Part shown: piece by piece, positions 28,980-38,690 of the stretch
How positions within the stretch are numbered: position 1 is the stretch's first letter
Layout: each line of letters starts with the position of its first letter
NCBI GenBank assembly: GCA_040379625.1
Contig: JBEIKS010000001.1
Location: 1-38,690, forward strand
Reading direction: 5' to 3'
Length of the DNA: 38,690 nucleotides
Source: Burkholderiaceae bacterium
Lineage (GTDB): Bacteria > Pseudomonadota > Gammaproteobacteria > Burkholderiales > Burkholderiaceae_B
Translations under genes and position numbers: made by a program
The notes under the pieces: generated by a model
Database searches by the model: none
The model's input: the letters and a program-made list of their open reading frames with translations, nothing else
Told to the model about the DNA's origin: nothing

Positions 28980-29978
28980 ATGGCTGTGATCAGCAAGCGG
29001 GCAGTAAACTCTCTCCTCGGCCTTTTCGGCTGGGGTGTTGTGGCGCTGCTTGGCGCTTGCAGTACCTCTTCCGTCACGGTTCGCTCCGCTGACCCCGACA
29101 GTCAGCCAGCGAATGCTGTGACCGGCGCGCCGGCGGCTGGCGCACCAAGTTCAGCAAAGCCGGCCGGTCCGCCTTCATGGACAAAATCCAAGGGTGGCTA
29201 TTACATGGACGATGGCCCTCTCGACTTCTCCGGCCTCAACCTCGATGCCATTCCTGATGCAACCCCTTTCGTCGAGCCCCTGCACCGCTTCGCCAACCGT
29301 CCTTACAACGTGTTCGGCGTGGATTACACGCCGCAAATCGATCTTGACTTGCCTTTTTCTCAAACCGGCGTCGGCAGCTGGTACGGACGCAAGTTTCATG
29401 GGCAACGCACCTCCAGTGGTGAAATTTACGATATGTTTGCCATGACTGCGGCCCACCCCACGTTGCCCATCCCCAGTTACGTCAGGGTGTCGAGTCTGAA
29501 AAATGGCCGCTCAGTCGTTGTTCGGGTCAATGACAGGGGGCCTTTCCTGCACAGCCGCGTCATTGATCTCAGCTTTGCAGCCGCCTACCGTCTGGGTTAC
29601 ACCAAAGAGGGCAGCAGCGAACTGAAAGTTGAAAAGCTGACGCCCAGGCAAATCGCGCAATTGGGCAACAAAGGCATTGCTGTACCAGCACTTGCCACCA
29701 GCGACTCACTCCCAGTGCAAGCAAGTCTCAACACCGTGCCTGCAATCACCGGTTTTTTTCTGCAAGTCGGAGCCTTCTCCGTCGAAGACAACGCCAAAGC
29801 ATTTCTTTCTCGCCTAAGCCTTGAATTTGGAGAAGACCTGCCCAATCTGAAAATTGTCAGGAAAGAACCCGTGTTCAAGTTGTTGGCGGGTCCCTACCGA
29901 TCTCGTGATGATGCGCACACCGCTTCCCAGCGTCTCAAGCAGGCCGCTGAACTGGCTGCAATCGTCATACAGCAGTAA
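28980..29978 (+). CDS. rlpA: Septal ring lytic transglycosylase RlpA (DPBB domain plus C-terminal SPOR)
   Basis: It has the lipobox LLGAC, the DPBB core [21 protein letters not shown]...[11 protein letters not shown] and a C-terminal SPOR domain ([17 protein letters not shown]...[12 protein letters not shown]). The track ORF starts at TTG 28968, but I prefer the ATG at 28980. Confidence 0.9.
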   Translation: MAVISKRAVNSLLGLFGWGVVALLGACSTSSVTVRSADPDSQPANAVTGAPAAGAPSSAKPAGPPSWTKSKGGYYMDDGPLDFSGLNLDAIPDATPFVEPLHRFANRPYNVFGVDYTPQIDLDLPFSQTGVGSWYGRKFHGQRTSSGEIYDMFAMTAAHPTLPIPSYVRVSSLKNGRSVVVRVNDRGPFLHSRVIDLSFAAAYRLGYTKEGSSELKVEKLTPRQIAQLGNKGIAVPALATSDSLPVQASLNTVPAITGFFLQVGAFSVEDNAKAFLSRLSLEFGEDLPNLKIVRKEPVFKLLAGPYRSRDDAHTASQRLKQAAELAAIVIQQ

Positions 29979-30001
29979 ACATTCATTTCACAGGATTTTC
30001 C

Positions 30002-30547
30002 ATGGAACAATTTCACGGCACCACGATTATTTCTGCCCGCCGTGGCAAGCAGGTTGCCATTGGCGGCGACGGTCAAGTCACGCTGGGCAACATCATCATT
30101 AAAGGCAGCGCCAGAAAAGTTCGAAAACTTCACCAAAACAGTATTTTGGCGGGCTTTGCAGGTGGTACTGCAGATGCCTTTACCTTGTTCGAGCGTTTCG
30201 AGGCAAAGCTTGACAAGCACCAAGGCAACCTCACCCGTTCTGCCATTGAGCTTGCCAAAGACTGGCGCTCAGACCGCGCATTGCGACGTTTGGAAGCAAT
30301 GCTTGCCGTGGCAGACGAACACCATTCCCTCATCATCACCGGCAATGGTGATGTGCTTGAGCCCGAGCACGGACTGATCGCCATCGGCAGCGGCGGCGCT
30401 TATGCGCAATCCGCCGCCATTGCCCTGCTGCAGAACACAAGCTTGTCTGCCCGCGATGTGGTTGCGAAATCGCTGGCCATCGCCGGCGAACTCTGTATCT
30501 ATACGAACCAACACCACACCATTGAAGAATTGAACCCGCAAGGGTAA
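30002..30547 (+). CDS. hslV: ATP-dependent protease subunit HslV
   Basis: The N-terminus is [15 protein letters not shown], with GDGQVTLG and GSGG motifs. AGGA lies 6 nt upstream of the ATG. Confidence 0.93.
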   Translation: MEQFHGTTIISARRGKQVAIGGDGQVTLGNIIIKGSARKVRKLHQNSILAGFAGGTADAFTLFERFEAKLDKHQGNLTRSAIELAKDWRSDRALRRLEAMLAVADEHHSLIITGNGDVLEPEHGLIAIGSGGAYAQSAAIALLQNTSLSARDVVAKSLAIAGELCIYTNQHHTIEELNPQG

Positions 30548-30557
30548 GAGGAATGAA

Positions 30558-31889
30558 GTGAAAGATCTCTCACCACCGCAAATCGTTGCAGAACTGGACA
30601 AACACATCGTCGGGCAGTCGGCGGCCAAGCGGGCAGTCGCCATTGCATTGCGCAACCGCCTACGCCGGCAACGCGTAGCCGAGCCTTTGCGTCAGGAAAT
30701 CACCCCGAAAAACATTCTGATGATGGGTCCCACTGGTGTCGGTAAAACAGAAATCGCAAGACGCTTGGCCCGTTTGGCAAATGCACCTTTCATCAAAATT
30801 GAAGCCACAAAATTTACCGAAGTCGGTTATGTGGGTCGTGATGTGGACACCATCATCCGCGACCTCGTCGAAATTTCCCTGAAACAACAACGCGAGATCG
30901 CAGCCCAAAGCGTGCGTGAAGCGGCTGCCGAATCAGCAGAAAACCGCGTTCTTGATGTGTTACTGCCACCCGCCCGCGAATTTGGTTTTTCTGAAACCAG
31001 CACTACCGCAGCAGACAGCGCAACCCGGGCGAAATTCCGTGAAAAGCTGCGTGCAGGTCAGATGGACGACAAGGAAATTGAGCTCGAATTGTCGGTCGCT
31101 CCTGCGCAAATGGACATCATGGGCCCACCCGGCATGGAAGAGCTCACCTCCCAGTTGCAATCCATGTTTCAAAACATGGGCACGGGCAAGAAAAAAATGC
31201 GGAAAATGAAAATCAGTGAGGCATTAAAAGCACTCACCGATGAAGAGGCTGTCCGCCGCGTGAATGAAGAAGAAGTCAGAAACACCGCCATCCGGAATGT
31301 TGAGCAAAATGGCATTGTGTTCCTGGATGAAATTGACAAAATCGCCAGCCGCTCCGAAAGCCACGGTGCTGATGTATCGCGCCAGGGCGTACAGCGCGAT
31401 TTGTTGCCCCTGGTTGAGGGCACCACAGTCAACACCAAATACGGCATGGTTAAAACAGATCACATTCTGTTCATTGCCAGCGGCGCTTTCCATTTGTCCA
31501 AGCCCTCTGACCTCATTCCAGAGTTGCAAGGACGTTTTCCCATTCGTGTTGAGCTTGAATCGCTTTCCAAAGACGATTTCGTGCGCATACTGACCAGTAC
31601 AGACGCCTGTCTCACCACCCAGTACCAAGCCTTGCTAGCCACCGATGGCATCCACATCGAGTTCACGCCTGAAGGCATCGCGAAAATGGCTCACATCGCT
31701 TTTTCTGTCAATGAAAAAACAGAAAACATCGGGGCGCGGCGCTTGTACACCGTCATGGAGCGACTCTTGGAAGATATTTCATTTGCTGCGCAGGCCGATG
31801 AAAACCCCATTCGCATCACCGCAGAATTTGTAGCAGAAAAATTGGGCGAAATCAGTGAGTCCGAAGATCTGGCACGTTATATTCTGTGA
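30558..31889 (+). CDS. hslU: ATP-dependent protease ATPase subunit HslU
   Basis: It has N-terminal [12 protein letters not shown], Walker [16 protein letters not shown] and Walker B VFLDEIDK. The GTG start has GAGGA 5 nt upstream; the nearby ATG at 30553 runs straight into a stop. Confidence 0.93.
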   Translation: MKDLSPPQIVAELDKHIVGQSAAKRAVAIALRNRLRRQRVAEPLRQEITPKNILMMGPTGVGKTEIARRLARLANAPFIKIEATKFTEVGYVGRDVDTIIRDLVEISLKQQREIAAQSVREAAAESAENRVLDVLLPPAREFGFSETSTTAADSATRAKFREKLRAGQMDDKEIELELSVAPAQMDIMGPPGMEELTSQLQSMFQNMGTGKKKMRKMKISEALKALTDEEAVRRVNEEEVRNTAIRNVEQNGIVFLDEIDKIASRSESHGADVSRQGVQRDLLPLVEGTTVNTKYGMVKTDHILFIASGAFHLSKPSDLIPELQGRFPIRVELESLSKDDFVRILTSTDACLTTQYQALLATDGIHIEFTPEGIAKMAHIAFSVNEKTENIGARRLYTVMERLLEDISFAAQADENPIRITAEFVAEKLGEISESEDLARYIL

Positions 31890-31923
31890 GGCGCGCTGCG
31901 CATTCGTCACTCTGGGGGCAACC

Positions 31924-32394
31924 ATGAAAAAAGCAATTTTCGTTTTGTTGGCATTTGTCAGTTTTTCCGCTTTTGCGCAAATCAAGGTGTCGGATGCCTG
32001 GGTGCGCTCAACCACGCCTGCGCAGGGCGCCACAGGCGGCTTTATGACCATCAAGGCCGATCAGAAGGTCAAGGTTGTTGGTGCTGAGTCCGCAGTTGCA
32101 GGCATAGTTGAGTTGCATCAAATGAGCATGAACAGCGCCGGAGTCATGAGCATGCGTGAAGTCGATGCCCTTGAAATTGCAGCCGGTGAAGCCGTGGAAT
32201 TAAAACCGGGCGGTTATCATCTGATGCTGATGGATCTCAAGAAGAAGCCCTTGGCCACAGGCGACACGCTGCCCGTTGTTTTAAAGTTTCAAACGGCTGA
32301 TGGAAAACTGCATACACAGAATGTCAGCATGGAAGTTCGGGCCATGACGGCCCCCGCCAAGCCGAGCGACCACCACCATCACCATCATCATTAA
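31924..32394 (+). CDS. Periplasmic copper chaperone PCu(A)C (DUF461) with a C-terminal His7 tail
   Basis: It has a signal peptide (MKKAIFVLLAFVSFSAFA). Counted directly, the Cu(I) motif spacing is H-x11-M-x21-H-x-M (LHQMSMNSAGVMSM...GGYHLM). The protein ends in DHHHHHHH. GGGGG lies 5 nt upstream of the ATG. Confidence 0.8.
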   Translation: MKKAIFVLLAFVSFSAFAQIKVSDAWVRSTTPAQGATGGFMTIKADQKVKVVGAESAVAGIVELHQMSMNSAGVMSMREVDALEIAAGEAVELKPGGYHLMLMDLKKKPLATGDTLPVVLKFQTADGKLHTQNVSMEVRAMTAPAKPSDHHHHHHH

Positions 32395-32421
32395 AAGTCT
32401 GTCCATCAATTGGAGAATTGA

Positions 32422-33309
<888 letters not shown>

Positions 33310-33375
33310 GTTTGTTGCCCTTGTTATTTCGTTTTACCGGCATTTAAGCCGTTTTTGCATCAGGAGAGGTGCTGT

Positions 33376-34128
33376 ATGAATTCAAAGATAATTCCTGGCT
33401 TGTCAGTGAACGAGGGTTTGGACTTTGTAAAGCGGGTGTGGGGCAACCTACCCATTCCCAGCGTCATTACTCCCACCACTGACCTCGACGAATTGGACAA
33501 GCGCATCAACGACCTTAAAGCGGTGGAGCAGTGGCTCAATGTGAACTTAAGCATGTTGAGAGCCACCATACAGGGCCTTGAGGTTCAACGCGGTACCATC
33601 GCCACGCTCAAGTCCTTCGGCAGCAACCTGGGGCCTGCAAAGGCCCAAGCCAAGGCCGAAGGCAAGCTCGATTCAGGCTTCTCAGACGCTTTGGGAAATC
33701 TGAGTGCCGGTCTGGTGGGTGCCATGGGCGCCATTGCCGCTGGTCAGTCCGCAGCCAGTCCCACCCCCGAAGAAAAAGTTCAGGCCTCGGCAACTCCCGC
33801 AACACCTCCGCAGGCCATGGCGGGAATGCCCTCAAGCGCCGAGGCGTCTGAAGAAATGACAAATGCCCTCGTGGCCAATGCCTCAAACTGGTGGGGTGTG
33901 CTGCAAGATCAATTTAACCGCGTCGCAGGTGCCGCCATGACAGGTTCCGGTCTGAGCAACCTTGCGGGTGAAGAGGCTGCCGCCGCCAAGCCTGCCAAGC
34001 GCAGCAAGGCTGTGTCAGCTTCAACAGTCACCAAGTCAGCCCGCAGAGGCAGTTCCGTGGTGAAGTCCAGCGCCCCAAGGGCCACGACAACCGTCCGCAA
34101 AACAGCGGCTAAAAAACCAAAGTCCTGA
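33376..34128 (+). CDS. phaM: PhaM-like PHA granule-associated regulatory protein
   Basis: The N-terminal region (DFVKRVWGN...PTTDLDELDKRINDLKAVEQWLNVNLSMLRATIQGLEVQRGT) resembles Ralstonia PhaM as I remember it. The C-terminus is a Lys/Arg/Ala-rich, histone-H1-like tail (AAAKPAKRSK...KTAAKKPKS). The start is the internal ATG with GGAGAGG 6 nt upstream. Confidence 0.6.
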   Translation: MNSKIIPGLSVNEGLDFVKRVWGNLPIPSVITPTTDLDELDKRINDLKAVEQWLNVNLSMLRATIQGLEVQRGTIATLKSFGSNLGPAKAQAKAEGKLDSGFSDALGNLSAGLVGAMGAIAAGQSAASPTPEEKVQASATPATPPQAMAGMPSSAEASEEMTNALVANASNWWGVLQDQFNRVAGAAMTGSGLSNLAGEEAAAAKPAKRSKAVSASTVTKSARRGSSVVKSSAPRATTTVRKTAAKKPKS

Positions 34129-34129
34129 A

Positions 34130-35413
34130 ATGTTTCGATTTGGGCATGCCACACACCCCAACTGGCAAGGTGCAACAGAACTGGCTTTGGCGCAAATCGA
34201 GGGCCAGTTGCAACTCGAGCAGTTTGCGCCCGACCGCTCGCGTCAGCAAAAAATCGGCTTGGTGTACTTCACCGATGCCTTCGCAGAGCATGCGCAGTCC
34301 ATCCTTAATTTTTTGATCCGAAAAACCGGTTTGTCCGACTGGGTGGGTGCGAGCGCGTCCGGGGTCTGTGCCACAGGCGCCGAGTACTTTCAGGAACCTG
34401 CCATCGTCATTATGTTGATGGAGTTTCCTGCAGACAGTGCCCGTATTTTTTCCGGTCGTTTGCCGCTGCCAAAATCAGGAACCTTGAACAAGGCAGGCCG
34501 GGACGCCATGGCCTCGGGTCTGGTTCACATTGACCCCGCGGTTGATGACATCACCGATCTTATCCAGGATCTCGCCACCAAATTTACGTCCGACAACATC
34601 GTCGGCGGTCTTATTTCCAATCAGGGGCCTGCGGTGCAAATTGCCCGTGAGGTTGTTCAAGGTGGCGTCTCCGGCCTCTTGTTCGCTGAAAATGTTGATA
34701 TTGATGTCCGGCTCACCCAAGGCTGCCAACCCGTGGGGCCGGAACATGTGGTCACACGCTCCCATGGTCAGTTCGCAATTGAGCTCGACAACGAGCCAGC
34801 GCTTGACGTCCTGATGCGAGACTTGGGGTTGGACGACGGCTCTCTGGTCAATCAAAGTCTGGATGAGGCTGCCGCCCTCATTGCAGGTCGGGTTTCCAAC
34901 GGACTGTTCGTGGGTTTGCGCAGCGAAGACGCCGCAAAAGCCGAGCACTATTTGCGCTTTGCCGGAGCCGGCGCGGGTGCGGGTTCAAAACATCAGGAAT
35001 ACCGGGTTCGTCCGGTGGTGGGTCTTGAGCCGAATCGTCGGTCTCTTGCGATCGCAGACAGGGCTCAACCGGGGGAGCGTTTGGTGTTTTGTGTCAGGGA
35101 TGAATCCGCCGCCCGCTCCGACCTTATTCGGATCTGTGCTGAACTCAGGGATGAGCTCGATGCGCCAGCCCCCAAGCTGTCTGAATATCAGGCGGCTGGC
35201 TTTCAGGGCATGAAATCTGTCAGGCAACCCATGGGAGCCATCTATGTGGCCTGCAACGGCAGGGGCGCCAGCATGTTCGGTTATTCAGGTGCAGAATTGC
35301 AAATCATCAGGGAACAACTGGGTGACATTCCCCTCATCGGTTTTTTTGCCAGTGGCGAAATTTGCGGTGACACCTTGTATGGTTACACCGGCATACTCAC
35401 ATTAATTTACTGA
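34130..35413 (+). CDS. Stand-alone FIST (FIST_N plus FIST_C) sensor-domain protein
   Basis: This 427-aa soluble protein has a C-terminus typical of FIST_C ([26 protein letters not shown]). Its ATG lies 1 nt after the phaM stop (TGAAATG). Confidence 0.6.
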   Translation: MFRFGHATHPNWQGATELALAQIEGQLQLEQFAPDRSRQQKIGLVYFTDAFAEHAQSILNFLIRKTGLSDWVGASASGVCATGAEYFQEPAIVIMLMEFPADSARIFSGRLPLPKSGTLNKAGRDAMASGLVHIDPAVDDITDLIQDLATKFTSDNIVGGLISNQGPAVQIAREVVQGGVSGLLFAENVDIDVRLTQGCQPVGPEHVVTRSHGQFAIELDNEPALDVLMRDLGLDDGSLVNQSLDEAAALIAGRVSNGLFVGLRSEDAAKAEHYLRFAGAGAGAGSKHQEYRVRPVVGLEPNRRSLAIADRAQPGERLVFCVRDESAARSDLIRICAELRDELDAPAPKLSEYQAAGFQGMKSVRQPMGAIYVACNGRGASMFGYSGAELQIIREQLGDIPLIGFFASGEICGDTLYGYTGILTLIY

Positions 35414-36275
35414 TCTGTTTTTTCCAATAAATTAATTTTTCTCGGGCGATCTTTTTTTGCTCCGGAGAGCTGCTTTGCCACAATTGGGAGAGCAGATCCG
35501 TCGTGTCTTTGTGTGTTTGAAGCAAATACAGCTTGCCTTTGTCACTGACCGGTTCCAACAAGGAGACCAACGCATCCCCCAGTGATGGGCCTGGTTCGCC
35601 GGCGCCTCTCTGCAGGGCCTTGAGCACCAATTGCTGCCTGACCAATCGTTCCTCCCACCACAGCATGTTGTCAATTGAGCGGTTTTTGTAATGCTCTTCA
35701 ATCAGCGTTTTCTGGGCCTCGGTCAGCGTCCCAAACCAGTCATCCAGCAAATCCACAAAGTCATCTGCCCGGCGTTTTCTAATCTCTGCCATGGGTGTCT
35801 CGAGGTGCTTGCTTCTGAATTTTTTATTTGATTTTTCAAATGCTTGCTTAACAAACGCGATTTGCGTTGCATCCATTTTAGACAAGGCGGGCTCCGCTGC
35901 GCTACCTGCCTTTTGCGCCAAGGCCGTGTAGCGCAACTCCATAATGTCTATCACCTTCATCAGCTCTTTTTGGGTGATGGTTTCTTTGGCAAGAAGAGGC
36001 TCCACCTGCGTCTCGATCAACGACACATACAGGGGCAGTTCTTTCTCTTTGTGCCATGCCAATGTCTGCGCCAACTGGGGTCTGAGTAGCTCTTTTTGGG
36101 CTGAGCTCAGGTCCAGATAGCGGTCTAGCCACCAAATCGTAATTCTGTCTGTTTGGGAGTACCCCAAGCCTACGAAACCGCAGCCAGAGCACAACAGTGT
36201 CATGAAAAAACACAGGCTCAGGAACAAGACTCGCGTGTTAGACTTCTTCACCTTAATTCCTCGCTCCATTCTCAT
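35397..36275 (-). CDS. Lipoprotein of unknown function (resembles the family NCBI labels DUF6279, from memory)
   Basis: It has a signal peptide plus Cys ([12 protein letters not shown]) and is mostly helical with repeated charged segments. GTG 36251 is an alternative start (VKKSNTR, with GAGGA 6 nt upstream). Confidence 0.55.
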   Translation of the reverse strand: MRMERGIKVKKSNTRVLFLSLCFFMTLLCSGCGFVGLGYSQTDRITIWWLDRYLDLSSAQKELLRPQLAQTLAWHKEKELPLYVSLIETQVEPLLAKETITQKELMKVIDIMELRYTALAQKAGSAAEPALSKMDATQIAFVKQAFEKSNKKFRSKHLETPMAEIRKRRADDFVDLLDDWFGTLTEAQKTLIEEHYKNRSIDNMLWWEERLVRQQLVLKALQRGAGEPGPSLGDALVSLLEPVSDKGKLYLLQTHKDTTDLLSQLWQSSSPEQKKIAREKLIYWKKQISKLM

Positions 36276-36277
36276 CT

Positions 36278-37657
36278 ATGAATGTGATTATTCTCGCCGC
36301 GGGTAAGGGCACTCGCATGCACTCAAACCTGCCTAAGGTACTGCACCCGATTGCCGGTGTGTCCATGTTGGCACACGTACTCAATACGGCCAGACAAACG
36401 CAGTTGCGGCGCGCCATTGTCGTCTACGGGCACGGTGGAGATCAAGTACAAGCCGCCTTTGCTGGGCAAGACATTCACTGGGCGCTTCAGGCCCCGCAAC
36501 TGGGCACTGGGCACGCGGTTCAAATGGCCTTGCCGTTTTTGAGCGACGAATTCCCCACGCTTATTTTATATGGCGATGTTCCGCTCACCTCCGCAGTCTC
36601 TTTGCAAAAGTTAATAGATGTCGCTGGCGACCACCATGTGGGTCTAATGACCCTGTTGCTGCAAGAGCCCAAGGGCTATGGTCGCATCGTCAGAAATCAA
36701 TCCGACGAGGTCACCCGTATCGTTGAAGAAAAAGACGCCGACGAGTCTGAAAAGCAGATTCGCGAGGTCAATACCGGTCTGATGCTGGTTCCTACCGCCA
36801 TGCTCAGGCGTTGGGTGTCTTCTCTGGAAAACAACAACGCCCAAAAAGAGTATTACCTGACGGACATCATTGCGTCAGCCCACCGCGATGGCGTCTTGGT
36901 CAATACCTGTCAGCCCGAATTCGAGTGGGAGGTCCTGGGTGTCAATTCTCGTGAACAGCAAGCGCAACTGGAACGAATCTACCAAGAACAGTTTGCCCGC
37001 AAGTTGATGAACCAAGGGGTTACCTTGTCGGATCCGCAACGCATCGATGTTCGCGGGTCGCTCGTCTGCGGCCGCGATGTGTTTATTGATGTGGGTTGTG
37101 TTTTTGAAGGCAATGTTGTGCTCGAAGACAACGTCAGCATCGGGCCTTATTGCGTCGTGAAAAATGTCACCCTCTCTGCTGGCGCGCGTTTGGAAGCGTA
37201 TTGCCACCTGGAAAGTGCACAAGTGGGTGCGCAGTCGCACATTGGACCTTATGCGCGCTTGCGTCCGGGCACTAGGCTGGCAGAGTCCGTGCATGTTGGA
37301 AATTTTGTGGAAATCAAGAACTCCAATATTGGCAAACAATCCAAAGCCAACCATTTGGCCTATGTGGGCGATGCCGATGTCGGGGCCCGCGTGAACATCG
37401 GTGCGGGCAGTATCACTTGCAACTATGACGGCGCCAACAAACACCGCACCACCATTGAAGACGACGTCTTTATCGGCTCAGACACACAACTGGTGGCCCC
37501 CGTTCGTGTCGGTGCCGGCGCCACGCTGGGTGCCGGAACCACGCTGGTAAAAGACGCCCCTGCCGGGCAGCTAACCGTTTCCAGGCCAAAGCAATTGACT
37601 GTTTCAGGTTGGAAGCGTCCTGTTAAAAAAGACGTTGTTCCAGAGAAAAAAGACTAA
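36278..37657 (+). CDS. glmU: Bifunctional GlcNAc-1-P uridyltransferase / GlcN-1-P acetyltransferase
   Basis: It has N-terminal [10 protein letters not shown] and C-terminal left-handed beta-helix hexapeptide repeats, with a typical length of 459 aa. Confidence 0.95.
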   Translation: MNVIILAAGKGTRMHSNLPKVLHPIAGVSMLAHVLNTARQTQLRRAIVVYGHGGDQVQAAFAGQDIHWALQAPQLGTGHAVQMALPFLSDEFPTLILYGDVPLTSAVSLQKLIDVAGDHHVGLMTLLLQEPKGYGRIVRNQSDEVTRIVEEKDADESEKQIREVNTGLMLVPTAMLRRWVSSLENNNAQKEYYLTDIIASAHRDGVLVNTCQPEFEWEVLGVNSREQQAQLERIYQEQFARKLMNQGVTLSDPQRIDVRGSLVCGRDVFIDVGCVFEGNVVLEDNVSIGPYCVVKNVTLSAGARLEAYCHLESAQVGAQSHIGPYARLRPGTRLAESVHVGNFVEIKNSNIGKQSKANHLAYVGDADVGARVNIGAGSITCNYDGANKHRTTIEDDVFIGSDTQLVAPVRVGAGATLGAGTTLVKDAPAGQLTVSRPKQLTVSGWKRPVKKDVVPEKKD

Positions 37658-37666
37658 GGAGTTTCT

Positions 37667-38690
37667 ATGTGCGGCATCGTAGGCGCCATCACGCGAACCA
37701 ATTGCGTACCTTTCCTGATCGACGGTTTAAAACGTCTTGAATACCGCGGCTACGATTCCGCGGGTCTGGCCATTGCCAACATGGAAGACCACCAGATCCA
37801 GCGCGCCAGAAGTGTCGGTCGAGTCTCCGAGCTTGAATTGCACGCCGCCTACCTTGACGCCCGCTTGGGCATTGCCCACACCCGTTGGGCCACCCATGGT
37901 ATTCCCAGCGAGCGCAATGCACATCCACACATGAGTGAAGGCAAGGGGTTTGCAGTCACAGTGGTGCACAACGGCATCATTGAAAACCACGATGAGGTCA
38001 GAAGGCGTCTCATGGTGGACGGCTACGTATTCCATTCCGACACTGACACCGAAGTCATTGCGCATCTGGTACATCAAAAAATGGTGGCCGGAGCCGATTT
38101 ATTGGAAGCCACGCAAGCGGCAGCCTCAGAACTGCACGGCGCGTTCGCCATTGCGCTCATTTCTTCGAATGCGCCCAACACCTTGGTGGCGGGTAGAAAA
38201 GGTGCGCCTTTGCTGGTGGGGGTAGGTGATGCGGAATTGTTCATTGCCTCTGATGCGTCCGCACTTATTTCCCAGACCAAAAAAATCATTTATCTGGAAG
38301 AGGGCGACATCCTCTGTGCCACCGACAAAAACCTGCGAATTTTTGATGCCGGAGGCAGCCTCGCCGAGCGGCCGGTGGTCACCAGCCAGTTGTCCGCAGA
38401 CGCCGTCGATCTGGGCCCTTATCAGCACTACATGCAAAAGGAAATTTTCGAGCAGTCAGGCGCCATCGCTGCAACGCTTGAGATGGTTTCCAACGCGCAA
38501 TCCATCAATCCCGAACTGTTTGGGGCAGATGCTTCGCCCATCTTGAATCAAGTCAGCCAGATTCTCATTCTAGCCTGCGGAACCAGCTTTCACGCAGCAT
38601 CGGTTGCGCGTTACTGGCTCGAGTCCATTGCCGGCGTACCCACGGTTGTGGAAATTGCAAGCGAATACCGTTACCGTGAAAGCGTCTGTC
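37667..38690 (+). CDS. glmS: Glutamine-fructose-6-phosphate aminotransferase, 3'-truncated by the window end
   Basis: This gene is not in the supplied ORF track. My manual translation from ATG 37667 gives MCGIVGAITRTNCVPFLIDGLKRLEYRGYDSAGLAI...HTRWATHG...ILACGTSFHAASVARYWLE with no stop up to the window end. AAGGAG lies upstream. Confidence 0.93.
   Translation, partial: MCGIVGAITRTNCVPFLIDGLKRLEYRGYDSAGLAIANMEDHQIQRARSVGRVSELELHAAYLDARLGIAHTRWATHGIPSERNAHPHMSEGKGFAVTVVHNGIIENHDEVRRRLMVDGYVFHSDTDTEVIAHLVHQKMVAGADLLEATQAAASELHGAFAIALISSNAPNTLVAGRKGAPLLVGVGDAELFIASDASALISQTKKIIYLEEGDILCATDKNLRIFDAGGSLAERPVVTSQLSADAVDLGPYQHYMQKEIFEQSGAIAATLEMVSNAQSINPELFGADASPILNQVSQILILACGTSFHAASVARYWLESIAGVPTVVEIASEYRYRESVC

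Noticed and set aside
32371-32391. The His7 run at the end of the PCu(A)C gene could be an engineered His-tag or cloning artefact.
   Set aside because: There are no vector or linker sequences. CAC and CAT codons are mixed, the flanks on both sides are native chromosomal sequence, and His-rich tails are known in this chaperone family. It is kept as a natural feature in the findings.
33338-33356. A hairpin CGGC-ATTTAA-GCCG followed by TTTTT lies downstream of argB and could be an intrinsic terminator.
   Set aside because: The stem is only 4 bp, far below typical terminator stability. It may attenuate slightly, but I cannot support calling it a terminator feature.
34961-34984. Short low-complexity coding repeats could be hypervariable or contingency tracts. 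They are the Ala-Gly repeat in the FIST gene, SSSISSISS in the cyclase sensor domain near 2790-2816, and the near-direct repeat GATTGCAGC...GATTGCAGC at about 20303-20326.
   Set aside because: All are very short, in frame and imperfect at the nucleotide level. They are not homopolymeric or long enough for slippage-based phase variation.

Overview
This window is a very densely packed stretch of bacterial chromosome, about 97% coding by my gene calls, and the largest non-coding gap is 171 nt. Gene content and order point to a betaproteobacterium, probably Burkholderiales (inference): gatCAB sits divergent from mreBCD-mrdA-rodA, and there are hslVU, a PhaM-type PHA granule protein, ttcA, dsbA, rlpA and glmUS. 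I call 39 CDS, most of them housekeeping or cell-envelope genes that I recognise from motifs in the translations. Many longest-ORF starts in the supplied track are too far upstream; I corrected them using conserved N-termini, Shine-Dalgarno (SD) spacing and stop/start overlaps. A 3'-truncated glmS at 37667-38690 is missing from the track, and I found it by translating the sequence directly. I see no rRNA, tRNA, CRISPR array, transposase, integrase, phage gene or recognisable defence gene. I do not see a clear-cut novel system, and most of the window is ordinary core genome. The best candidates for something undescribed are four. (1) A tightly coupled module at the 5' edge combines an MFS transporter, an orphan periplasmic binding protein and a dCache-HAMP class III cyclase. 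(2) A PhaM gene is followed 1 nt later by a stand-alone FIST sensor-domain protein. (3) A minus-strand cluster carries VanZ-like, 2Fe-2S ferredoxin, alpha/beta hydrolase, DD-carboxypeptidase and YbeD genes. (4) BirA and CoaX are fused in one reading frame. All family names come from my reading of the translations and need HMM or BLAST confirmation.
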